Shown here: positions 53,305-60,930 of the stretch, piece after piece
How positions within the stretch are numbered: position 1 is the stretch's first letter
How the letters are laid out: every line of letters starts with the position of its first letter
DNA from: a virus
Taxonomy: Duplodnaviria; Caudoviricetes
IMG/VR virus record: IMGVR_UViG_3300032164_000015
Span: 1-60,930 of that record
Reading direction: 5' to 3' (one strand)
Length of the DNA stretch: 60,930 nt
Notes under the pieces: model-generated
Told to the model about the DNA's origin: nothing
The model's input: only the letters and a program-made list of their open reading frames with translations
Databases searched by the model: none
Translations under genes and position numbers: made by a program

Positions 53305-53615
53305 TGTTGGCCTTGTTTGGAATCTGCCAGCTCGATGAAGACCCGAGACCCGGCCACTGCTGCGATGCGACCGAACAACGTGCGCAACGACGTGATGGTC
53401 ACGCCCTGCTTCCCGATGACCTTGCCCCGGTCTTGGGCTGCGGTGTGGACCATGAACATCGAAGCGCCGCCGTCTGCTTGGGCGACTTCGACGCGAACCG
53501 CGCCCGGCTCATCCACGAGCGCCTTCACCAGCTCGCGAAGCAGGACCTCCGGGGTGAGGGGTGCGTTCATGGGGACCACGAAGTCGTCGGGGAGGGCTGT
53601 CAGGTCGGAGTTCAC
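53301..53615 (-). CDS. khpA: KhpA-like KH-domain RNA-binding protein
   Basis: LVKALVDEP..VRV, DRGKVIGKQG..I.SLRT, RVFIEL. Confidence 0.9.
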   Translation of the reverse strand: MNSDLTALPDDFVVPMNAPLTPEVLLRELVKALVDEPGAVRVEVAQADGGASMFMVHTAAQDRGKVIGKQGVTITSLRTLFGRIAAVAGSRVFIELADSKQGQQ

Positions 53616-53818
53616 GGATCGTTTCTCAGATACTCACGTAGCAGAGTGCAGTTGTCGAAGGCAGGGCACTCGGAGCAGACCCGGAAGCGCTTCACCTCTC
53701 GGCACTTGTCTACCTTCCGTTCACGCAGGAGCTGCTTGAATTGGTCCGTGCCCTTCGCGTAGCCCTCAAGCTCCAAGAGCTGTTCTAGCTCCGCGACGAC
53801 ACCGAGCTTTTCCATCAT
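53612..53818 (-). CDS. Small Cys-rich protein
   Basis: C..CSEC..C; ATGA overlap. Confidence 0.5.
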   Translation of the reverse strand: MMEKLGVVAELEQLLELEGYAKGTDQFKQLLRERKVDKCREVKRFRVCSECPAFDNCTLLREYLRNDP

Positions 53819-54048
53819 CGACTGCTGCGGGCCTGTCGGTTCAACTCGTCGAGCGTGGCGGAGGGCGAATCGACGGTCCGGTTGAAGCAGCTCCGGTGCA
53901 GCACCGCCCATTCCTTCTTCTCGACGTTGCGACCCTTCTGCATCTTGCCTGCCGCAATTCGACGGGTTTCATCCCCGTCCACGATGGGCTTTCCGCAGCC
54001 ACCGCAGCGAACTGTTGCCTCTGGCATGTTGTTGGTCTCCGGCTTCAT
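53815..54048 (-). CDS. Small Zn-finger protein
   Basis: CGGCGKPI..HRSC. Confidence 0.5.
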   Translation of the reverse strand: MKPETNNMPEATVRCGGCGKPIVDGDETRRIAAGKMQKGRNVEKKEWAVLHRSCFNRTVDSPSATLDELNRQARSSR

Positions 54049-54111
54049 GGTTGCGGAACCTACGGCGACGGCCCCGAGTTTGCAACCATCTGTCACAAGG
54101 GAGGGCGATGG

Positions 54112-54753
54112 TCAACCTTTGGTCTTGTGGTCGGGAGGGCGGTCCATCTCTCGAAGCTTGTTCATCGCGGCTTGGAGATCCACGAAGCAAGAAGCTCGAT
54201 GCTTCTCACCTTCCTTGCCGAACATTCCATTCGGATGAAACGTGGGACGCACCGGAGTGCCTTGCCAGTCCCACCACTTCCCTCGCATCTCGAAGAGGTG
54301 CTTCTTCTTCCTCAGGAGGGTCTCTGTGGCTGTGAGACCGAGTGCGATGATGACGCGCGGCTGCACGATTCTGAGCTGACCGTGCAGAATTGGCTGGCAG
54401 GCATCTATCTCGTCAGCGCTCGGCGCTTGTCCAAGATCCACAGGGCGGCAGCAGACGACGTTGCAGAAGTACGCCCGCTCCGGCTTCAGGCCCATCTTGT
54501 CCATCATGCGCTTCAGGAGGTCCCCGCCGTTGCCTCCAAAGGGAACGTTCTCCACCTCCTCGGCGGCGCGAGGGGCTTCGCCGATGAAACAGATGTCCGG
54601 TCGGTTGGAGTTCCCCGTGCCGAACACGACTCGCTTCCGGGACTCGTGCAGCTTGCAGTTCTGGCAGGCATAGGCGCGCTCGCGCCACACGCTCAGCGGG
54701 GCCTCGCCGCTGGGCTGAATCGCATCCGCAGTGAACAGCGCCTCTTGCTTCAT
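54112..54753 (-). CDS. udg: Uracil-DNA glycosylase, family 4 (Fe-S type)
   Basis: CQNCKL..R..VVFGTG, FIGEAP, PFGG, NVVCCRP, IIALG..A, PTFHP. Confidence 0.9.
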   Translation of the reverse strand: MKQEALFTADAIQPSGEAPLSVWRERAYACQNCKLHESRKRVVFGTGNSNRPDICFIGEAPRAAEEVENVPFGGNGGDLLKRMMDKMGLKPERAYFCNVVCCRPVDLGQAPSADEIDACQPILHGQLRIVQPRVIIALGLTATETLLRKKKHLFEMRGKWWDWQGTPVRPTFHPNGMFGKEGEKHRASCFVDLQAAMNKLREMDRPPDHKTKG

Positions 54754-54829
54754 CCAAACCTCATCCGTGAATTGTCAGCTAACACCCTTCGAAAAAGTTC
54801 CTCGGTGTGAAGAGGTGTTTGGAGCGGGT

Positions 54830-55318
54830 CTACGTTGTGGGGTTTTCCGGATTCGGAGAAGGTGGCCGCATCGGCACCTTCGGGTAGGCTGCTTGGATTT
54901 GCTCCCGTGACGGTCCGGCCTCCACGTCCGCGATGAACTGGTCTCTCCACTTCACGTAGCCCGCTGACTTGGGCGCGCCCGCGCCGCGCTCCGTCTTCAG
55001 TTCCTCCATGAGAAGAAACGCCTTCAGATCCGCCCCGTACCCGGTGACCTGACACGGAACATTGAAGAGCTTGTGATGCTCGCGCGCCTCCCAGTTGCAG
55101 AAGAGGACCTTCGCCAGCGGAAGCTCGAAGCAGACGGGCTTGATGTTCGGGAAGTCAGCCTCCACGTACGGCGGCCTCCGATTCTTGATGTGCTCGGAGG
55201 TCGCTGCCGGGTCGATGATTCTGAAGACCTGCTTCTCCGCGTCGTACTCGTGGATCTTGTACGAACGGCGGATCTTCCCGTCCGCCTCGTCCTTCCACCA
55301 CACAATGGAGTAGCTCAC
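54830..55318 (-). CDS. Hypothetical protein
   Basis: 162 aa, GAGGAGG RBS. Confidence 0.6.
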   Translation of the reverse strand: MSYSIVWWKDEADGKIRRSYKIHEYDAEKQVFRIIDPAATSEHIKNRRPPYVEADFPNIKPVCFELPLAKVLFCNWEAREHHKLFNVPCQVTGYGADLKAFLLMEELKTERGAGAPKSAGYVKWRDQFIADVEAGPSREQIQAAYPKVPMRPPSPNPENPTT

Positions 55319-55327
55319 GGTGCCTCC

Positions 55328-55642
55328 TCAAACATGGGTCTCTCCGAAGAGCAGGCACTCCGACTTGTGCCCGCCATCGCGCTCGTCGCCCTCGCAAAGG
55401 TCGCAGTTCCACGCAGTCGAATGGCCGGGCCAACTCTCCACGCCGACGTGGTGGACCACATGCGCCGCGAGCTTCTTCAGCGCGTCCGTCCGGACGACGC
55501 GAAGCCCGTCCTCTTCGAGACGTGGGAAGAGCTGGTCGCGAACCCAGTGACGGGACGAGCCGCCGCTCGACTCGAAGGCGAGGTCAGCGGCGCGCACCGC
55601 CAGCGTGACGGCGGCCAGAATTTCAGGGGGAGCTTCAGGCAT
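55328..55642 (-). CDS. Hypothetical protein
   Basis: 104 aa, GGAGG RBS. Confidence 0.55.
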   Translation of the reverse strand: MPEAPPEILAAVTLAVRAADLAFESSGGSSRHWVRDQLFPRLEEDGLRVVRTDALKKLAAHVVHHVGVESWPGHSTAWNCDLCEGDERDGGHKSECLLFGETHV

Positions 55643-55868
55643 GGGTCACCTCCGCAGGTTTCGGTTTCGGGTAGTCGTCCCAGATGGAGTGCCGCTCTTC
55701 CTTCGGGCAGCAGTACGCGCACGCCTGCCCGCCGCCGAGCTTCCGCTTGCGCCAGACCGCGTGCCAGCTACAGAGCACTGCGCCGCACTTCTCGCAGAGG
55801 AAGCCCGCCCAGCCCTTGCAGCGGACCTGCTTTTCCGTGATGCCGACGCACTGCGCTTTCGGAGTCAC
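55635..55868 (-). CDS. Small Cys-rich protein
   Basis: QCVGIT..RC, CEKC..LCSWH, CAYCC. Confidence 0.55.
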   Translation of the reverse strand: MTPKAQCVGITEKQVRCKGWAGFLCEKCGAVLCSWHAVWRKRKLGGGQACAYCCPKEERHSIWDDYPKPKPAEVTHA

Positions 55869-56401
55869 TGGAGGATGACCTTGTCCTTCAGGCTCGGGAC
55901 CGTGCGGTCCTCAGGAGGAGCGCCATCGTTCGCGCGGAGCTTGTCGCCCCAGAAGCACGGGCAGTATTCCTCGACGGGCGGATCCTCGATTTCGTGGCTG
56001 CCCCGGTTGGCGCAGCACGCGCAGTCGGCCTCGACCGTGCGGTCGCCGGTCACCTTGCAGGCGTTCTCGCCTTCGAGCACGACGAACTTCGTCGGGTCGC
56101 GGGGAGGCGTGAGGGCCTCCTTGAAGATGAGCTTCTCGAAGGTGCGCTGGACCACCGGGCTCTTCAGGCGCGCCTTGATGTTGGAGAAGATCTCCTCAGC
56201 AGAGACCTCGCCTGTGAGCTTCAGCGCCTGCACCGCGTGCGTCGGAACGTGCTTCGCGTCGCGCGCCACGCAGAGCAGGTACATCGTCAGCTCGGGAGCC
56301 CAGCCCTCCTTGAGCGGCTGGATGCAGCACTCGCTGTAGAGCTTCCCCGACTTGCAGGGGCAGGGGTCCGTCACCAACAGCCGCTTCACGTCATCGACCA
56401 T
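55865..56401 (-). CDS. SEC-C motif protein
   Basis: DPCPCKSGKLYSECC. Confidence 0.7.
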   Translation of the reverse strand: MVDDVKRLLVTDPCPCKSGKLYSECCIQPLKEGWAPELTMYLLCVARDAKHVPTHAVQALKLTGEVSAEEIFSNIKARLKSPVVQRTFEKLIFKEALTPPRDPTKFVVLEGENACKVTGDRTVEADCACCANRGSHEIEDPPVEEYCPCFWGDKLRANDGAPPEDRTVPSLKDKVILQ

Positions 56402-56402
56402 G

Positions 56403-56810
56403 TCACTTCTCCTTCAGGGCCTTCGCGACCAGTTTCTCGAACGAGAAGGTCTTCTTGGGCTCAGGTTTCCGGTTCGGGTTTCGGTGCTGCTTGTACAGCT
56501 CCAACATCTTCTTCACGTCCTCGGGGTCCTTGAAGCGCTGACGACCGCGCTCCAAGTCGCTCAGCTCGGAGGGCCGCAGACCAAGCAGCTCGCCGCCAGT
56601 TCCGAAAGTCAGGTCGGTGGTCTTCCGCGCCTGCCGCAGGGCCTCGCCCGCCGCCACGTCCTGCTCGGAGTAGACCGGCAGGTTCACGAACTTCCATTCG
56701 TGGGGCTTGTCGCCCTTGTTCAGGTGGCAGAAGGACTCGCGCTCGCCCACCGGTTCGTTGGGGACGAGTTTTCCGACGGGTTGGCGCTTCGCGGACTTGG
56801 ACTTGGGCAT
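56403..56810 (-). CDS. XRE-like HTH protein
   Basis: GEALRQARK..LT..LLGLRPSELSDLERG. Confidence 0.7.
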   Translation of the reverse strand: MPKSKSAKRQPVGKLVPNEPVGERESFCHLNKGDKPHEWKFVNLPVYSEQDVAAGEALRQARKTTDLTFGTGGELLGLRPSELSDLERGRQRFKDPEDVKKMLELYKQHRNPNRKPEPKKTFSFEKLVAKALKEK

Positions 56811-56814
56811 TGGG

Positions 56815-57297
56815 TTAATGCTTCAGGGGTGGGACTTCATCGAGGTGACTGGCGTGGGCTTCAGCTTCGTGGCGGACGCGCATCATCATGTGGCGCAGCC
56901 CGTGGAGGAACTTCTCCAGCGGTACTGGGGCGCGGCACGTCGGGTCTTCGCAGCCCTTGCGATGGCCGGTGACGGCCTCCTCCAGACCCAGATGCTGGGC
57001 CTGCTGCATGGAGTGAAAGACCGACGTGGGGTTGACGCCGAAGTTGATGACGGCGACGCCGCTCTGGAAGCCCGCGCGCCCGGCGTAGCCGTCGGCGAGG
57101 AAGCGCAGGAGGTCGAGAGCCGCCGCCTGCGCCTGCTCCTCTTCCTCGGGCAGCGCCGTGGCGGCCTTCTCAATCAGCTCGGAGATGAGGTCGTCCGACC
57201 TTTCGAGGAGAGCGACCAGTTCTTCGAAGGGAGCGCCGTAGTGGGCCTTCAGGCTCTGCACCAGCTTCACCGCGTGCTCCGCGCGCTCGTCACTCAT
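56815..57297 (-). CDS. Hypothetical protein
   Basis: 160 aa, GAGG RBS. Confidence 0.55.
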   Translation of the reverse strand: MSDERAEHAVKLVQSLKAHYGAPFEELVALLERSDDLISELIEKAATALPEEEEQAQAAALDLLRFLADGYAGRAGFQSGVAVINFGVNPTSVFHSMQQAQHLGLEEAVTGHRKGCEDPTCRAPVPLEKFLHGLRHMMMRVRHEAEAHASHLDEVPPLKH

Positions 57298-57445
57298 CGG
57301 TCGCCTCTCTGTGGGGAAATGTAGGACAACCCTGCCAGACCTTCCCAGTTTCTGGCTCGGAGGGTGATCGCCAGATGATCAACACCAGCCGATTTCCGAA
57401 GCGGAAGGCTAGCGGTGGCGGGAGTTTGCGAGGCGGGGAGGTTGA

Positions 57446-57919
57446 TCACTTGAGAGTCTCCGCAGCCCACATCTTCCGCTTGCTCCACGGAGCCACGAGG
57501 CCACCTTTGTCCCCCGCTCGCCGTCTCTTTGGGTGGAAGCGCTCGCGCTTCGCGCACTGCCGACACGACAGCTTGTCGCCGAGGCCATCCATCGAAACGC
57601 CAGCGGTGTTACCGCAAAGTGTTCGGAGACCGACGATGTTGACCTGCCGGTTCCGTGATTCCACTTCGGTCAGGTGAACGTCGTTTCCGAACTTGGTCAT
57701 CACTCGCATGTAGAAGCGCTCGGACGTGAGCTGCATCTCCGGCGCTGAAGTCCAGAGGTCGCCGCGCTGCTCCGCGAACCCGAGCTTCACCAGCTTCTCC
57801 ATGACGCGCAGAAGGGTGGGCTCTTGGTTGTCGGGGAACTCCGAACAGAGGTCGCGCGGGGACGGCATCTCTTCTCGGAAGTTCAGCCACGAGAGCACGT
57901 TCAACTCCAGCCGGGTCAT
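57446..57919 (-). CDS. Winged-helix-like protein with C-terminal Zn finger
   Basis: MTRLEL start; VMEKLVKLGF; VH..TLCG..SCRQC. Confidence 0.55.
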   Translation of the reverse strand: MTRLELNVLSWLNFREEMPSPRDLCSEFPDNQEPTLLRVMEKLVKLGFAEQRGDLWTSAPEMQLTSERFYMRVMTKFGNDVHLTEVESRNRQVNIVGLRTLCGNTAGVSMDGLGDKLSCRQCAKRERFHPKRRRAGDKGGLVAPWSKRKMWAAETLK

Positions 57920-58347
57920 GGGGCCTTCTCCGGCAGCGAGTAGTCGGTGAACCACAGGCTGGCGAGGTACGCGACCGCCGCCTTCTTGTGCTCGTGCTTC
58001 GGCTCGAAGCTCCCCTGAATGCACTGGAGGTGGCGCAGCGCCATCTCGGCGTCGATGCCCTCCACCCTTCCGAACTCCACGCCTGCGAGGCCCGAGAAGA
58101 ACCACGTCGTCTGGAACTGCCTCCACTTCCGACCGACCGCACTGGAGAGCGAGTCGTCCTTGAACTCGTCGGGGATGGCTTCCCACGGAGGCATCAGCGG
58201 CAGCGCACGCGCCGGGAACGCGAGCTGAAGCTGACTCACCGGCACGGGCTTCAGAAGCTTGAGGTCGAGCCGGGGCTCGTTGTCGCTCACCGGGAGGTGG
58301 TCCTTCCGCTCCGCAGCCCGCCGACTCTTCCGATTCGCCTTCACCAT
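57916..58347 (-). CDS. Hypothetical phage protein
   Basis: MPPWEAIPDEF..WFFSGL..SFEPKHEHK..AYL resembles a recurrent phage family. Confidence 0.65.
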   Translation of the reverse strand: MVKANRKSRRAAERKDHLPVSDNEPRLDLKLLKPVPVSQLQLAFPARALPLMPPWEAIPDEFKDDSLSSAVGRKWRQFQTTWFFSGLAGVEFGRVEGIDAEMALRHLQCIQGSFEPKHEHKKAAVAYLASLWFTDYSLPEKAP

Positions 58348-59189
58348 GAGAGCACCTTGAGAGGGGCGCTGTGCTTTCCCTCGTGTTCGGGTTCGAGCGT
58401 GCAGCGCACGCGCTCACCGTGCCCAGATCCACCCCACTCAGCACCACAGAGCTTCGGATGTTCCGCCCGATACTCACGAGTGCTGAGCGCGGTGGCGACC
58501 AGCGCCGACAGCGCGCGCGCCTCGTCCGAGCCCGCCGTGTACAGCGACATCACCTTGAGCGCGTCCCTTCCGAAGTCCTTCAACTGCTTCAGAAGCAATC
58601 GCGCTTCCTCGCGCGCCGCATCGCGCTCCAGCATGAAGCGCTCGTCGTTCTCCGCCTTGGCCTTCTTGTACGCGTCGCGCTCGTTCTTCAGAAGCTCGAT
58701 GGAGGACCACACGTCCGCGTACCCGGCCTCGCGCGGGCCGACCATCTCCGCCAAGTCTTGGAACCCCTTCTCCGCCGCCTTGAGCTGGTGTTCGACCTGC
58801 TCCGCGTAGACGGTCATCTTCGCGAGCATTGCTTTCGCGGTTTCAAGATCCAACGGCGCACCTGCGAGCTGTGCCGCCGTGGGCTGCTGAATCTCGCGCG
58901 CCGACTGCGGAAGTCCTACCAGCCGGTCGATGATTTTCTGCTTGGTGGTCGGTTCCTTCGGAGGGGCACCGCCGTGACCCGCCGGACGCAGATCCGCCGC
59001 CGCAGCGTGGCGCAGCGCGTCCGCACCAGTCATGGTGCCCGGCTGTCGCTCAGTCTCTTTGCCGCAGGTCTCGCACCGGAAAATCCACTCCCGCTTGCCG
59101 GGCACCTCTGCACCGGTCGCATCGGTCTCGACCGTCACATTGATGCTCGGCATCCACGGTTTGGGGTGAGCGCAGCGGGTCTCGGACAT
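58341..59189 (-). CDS. Hypothetical coiled-coil / Zn-binding protein
   Basis: CAH..CETC; RCTLEPEHEGKH. Confidence 0.6.
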   Translation of the reverse strand: MSETRCAHPKPWMPSINVTVETDATGAEVPGKREWIFRCETCGKETERQPGTMTGADALRHAAAADLRPAGHGGAPPKEPTTKQKIIDRLVGLPQSAREIQQPTAAQLAGAPLDLETAKAMLAKMTVYAEQVEHQLKAAEKGFQDLAEMVGPREAGYADVWSSIELLKNERDAYKKAKAENDERFMLERDAAREEARLLLKQLKDFGRDALKVMSLYTAGSDEARALSALVATALSTREYRAEHPKLCGAEWGGSGHGERVRCTLEPEHEGKHSAPLKVLSW

Positions 59190-59195
59190 GGGGCT

Positions 59196-59225
59196 CTCTT
59201 AAACGCAAGGGATAGCGATAGTCAA
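59196..59225 (-). promoter_or_regulatory. Leaderless sigma70-like promoter
   Basis: TTGACT-18bp-TAAGAG-6nt-ATG. Confidence 0.55.
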
Positions 59226-59229
59226 TCGC

Positions 59230-59559
59230 TTACGGCTTTGTGGCGAGCAGCGCAGACAGCATCCGGGGCTCCAGCTTCAGAAGTTCTTCGCGCGAATCCG
59301 GGGAAACGCTGGGAGACCGGCTGAGCACGGCGACGAAGGGAGCCAGCGCCATCAGCACTTCACGCACTTCCAGCAGCGCGTCCAGCTTCGCCCGCAGCTT
59401 GTCGTAGTCGTCGAGCCGTTGGTGGGTTGCGACCGAGGGCAGGGACGCGAGCCACGCGTACTCCAGCTCGTCGATGAGCTTGTGCTCGATGAACAGCTCC
59501 GAGCGGCAGACGCGCAGCAGGTCCAGCATCCGTTGGTTCTCGATTGGTTTGTTCGACAT
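59230..59559 (-). CDS. Hypothetical protein
   Basis: MSNKPI start, GAGG RBS. Confidence 0.55.
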   Translation of the reverse strand: MSNKPIENQRMLDLLRVCRSELFIEHKLIDELEYAWLASLPSVATHQRLDDYDKLRAKLDALLEVREVLMALAPFVAVLSRSPSVSPDSREELLKLEPRMLSALLATKP

Positions 59560-59632
59560 GTCAGCGCCTCGCGTACATCGCACGCTCCACTGCTTTGTTT
59601 GAAAACCGAAAATTCCGAGGGCTCCGGGTGGA

Positions 59633-60769
59633 TCAATCGCGCTCGTCGCACTCGGGGTAGTGCTGACAGGGGTCCTTGCAGCAGTTGTCGCAGACCGGCA
59701 GCTTGACGTGCCCTGCGTTGCTCGTGAGGTACTTGCACCACGGCTTGTGGGGGTCCTTCAGGTTGTAGAGGTTGCACGATGGACAGAGGGATTTGTCGTC
59801 GTGGTTGAAGTTCTCAGGACGCGTGGGCTTTGAGATCCGCTCGACCTCCGCCGCCTTCTCCACGAAGCCGGGAAAGGCGTTCGTGATTTGAAGCGGGACG
59901 TAGGGTGCCCAGATGTGCCCGGCCTTCATTGCTTCGCGCAGCTCCTCTTCCGTCGGAGGTCGCCCGGCCCACGGAATCGCGAAGGGGCTCCCGGCCAGAG
60001 GGTTCTCGACGTGGTTCCGCTCGAAGAGCCGGTTCAGCTCGTTCGCAAGCCGCTCCCGCACCTCCGGGGGTCCATCAGGGGTGGCCTCGTGCGCGGAGGG
60101 CGTGAAGCGGGCCGCGAACTCAGCCACGTTCCGCTCGGCCTCCATCAGCAGGGTGAGCTGGGACAGGGTCAACCCGGTCTTGAGGGCGAGCTTCTGGAGC
60201 CGCCTCAGGGCGAAGCCGGTGCTCAGGACGCCTCCGAGTAGCTCCGCGACGCTTTCAGAGGCTGGCGGGCCTTCTGGGGGCCTTGGGAGGGCTGATTCGG
60301 GGGCCTCTGGGATGGGATTCGCCGACACCTTGGCCACCTCGGGCGCACGGAGGGCCTCGTTGGCGTCCGTCACAGGCTCTCCACGCTCCTCCGGAGGGGT
60401 TGGAGCGACAACAGCCGACGTGACCGACCGCACCGCCCGCACGACCGCAGCGACCGGCTGCTCTTTCGGCTCCTCCGCAGGGGGCAGGGTCAGGGTGGTC
60501 AGCTTGCAGGTCGGGCAGAAGAAGGTCCGGGTCCACGGGTCGAAGTTGGTGGGCTCGAAGGGCAGGTCGCAGAGGGGGCAGCACCAGTGACGCGTGGGGA
60601 GGGCAGCCTCGGCTCGGGCCACGTCCTTCTCGTGCAGCTCCGCGAAGAACTGGCGGGTGCTCGCGCAGATGTCCTTGGGGCAGGTCTCCATCAGCCCCGC
60701 GTGGTCCGCGTGGTAGGCGCGATGCACCGTCTGCATCAGCCACCGAATCATCTCGTGGGAGTCGGTCAT
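59633..60769 (-). CDS. Hypothetical multi-Zn-finger, Pro-rich protein
   Basis: 378 aa; CPLC..CPTC, CPSC..H..WC, CDNC. Confidence 0.6.
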   Translation of the reverse strand: MTDSHEMIRWLMQTVHRAYHADHAGLMETCPKDICASTRQFFAELHEKDVARAEAALPTRHWCCPLCDLPFEPTNFDPWTRTFFCPTCKLTTLTLPPAEEPKEQPVAAVVRAVRSVTSAVVAPTPPEERGEPVTDANEALRAPEVAKVSANPIPEAPESALPRPPEGPPASESVAELLGGVLSTGFALRRLQKLALKTGLTLSQLTLLMEAERNVAEFAARFTPSAHEATPDGPPEVRERLANELNRLFERNHVENPLAGSPFAIPWAGRPPTEEELREAMKAGHIWAPYVPLQITNAFPGFVEKAAEVERISKPTRPENFNHDDKSLCPSCNLYNLKDPHKPWCKYLTSNAGHVKLPVCDNCCKDPCQHYPECDERD

Positions 60770-60930
60770 TCGGGCTTTGTATCGGCAGCCCTGCGGTTGT
60801 CCACACGCTCCGCTTCGTCCCCCAGTCCAGCGTCCTCTCGCGCTCCCCGCTCAGGGCAACGTCGGCAGCGTCAGCACCACTCCCACCGTGCTCCCAAGAT
60901 CCATGTGGGGAGTTTGCCTACATCTATTCC

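Larger units (their letters stand above)
1..60930. mobile_element. Segment of a large tailed dsDNA phage genome
   Basis: Terminase, PolA, primase/helicase, gp32-like SSB, endolysin and spanin-like lipoprotein; dense co-oriented small ORFs with overlapping start/stop codons; no host housekeeping operons. Confidence 0.95.

Noticed and set aside
71-59324. Long plus-strand ORFs such as 71-1456, 4868-6283, 7695-9461, 29487-31004, 31816-33651, 41484-42758 and 58371-59324
   Set aside because: Antisense shadows of motif-bearing minus-strand genes, expected from high-GC codon bias; no recognisable motifs
1-60930. tRNA, rRNA, integrase/att sites, reverse transcriptase or DGR
   Set aside because: No cloverleaf, recombinase or RT motifs, or template/variable repeat pairs recognised by eye; tRNAscan-SE and Infernal would be needed to exclude them formally

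Overview
The whole window reads as a ~61 kb segment of a large, high-GC, tailed dsDNA phage (or phage-plasmid) genome. Genes are dense, mostly on the minus strand, and often coupled by ATGA/GTGA/TTGA overlaps. I found no host housekeeping genes, tRNAs, integrase or CRISPR array. From left to right it holds: a terminase large subunit (runs off the window edge, absent from the ORF track) and a candidate small subunit; a family A DNA polymerase; a histone-like wHTH protein; a zeta-toxin-like kinase and a 2128-aa protein with tandem HipA/PI3K-like kinase domains; a ParB-N protein; a recombination block (SSB, RuvC, Cas4-like nuclease, Hjc-like resolvase, RecA with an insert, SF2 helicase, gp32-like SSB); a replication block (primase, DnaB, DnaC-like loader, wHTH initiator with internal iterons and an upstream control region); a MoxR/VWA pair; a plus-strand membrane/lysis island; Ku; an M15 endolysin; KhpA; a family 4 UDG; and about 50 small hypothetical genes, many behind sigma70-like, often leaderless promoters. 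The best candidate for an undescribed system is the two-gene cassette at 4733-12650: two kinase-type proteins sharing an LE(E/S) + QKxAxGxW motif, which I infer are head-packaged, injected effectors. Other highlights are SSB-tail (DIPF) mimicry on DnaB and two small proteins, a fully visible origin/control locus, and a unimolecular-spanin-like lipoprotein. All functional calls come from motif recognition by eye; no database searches were run. A diderm, high-GC host (for example Myxococcota) is an inference only.
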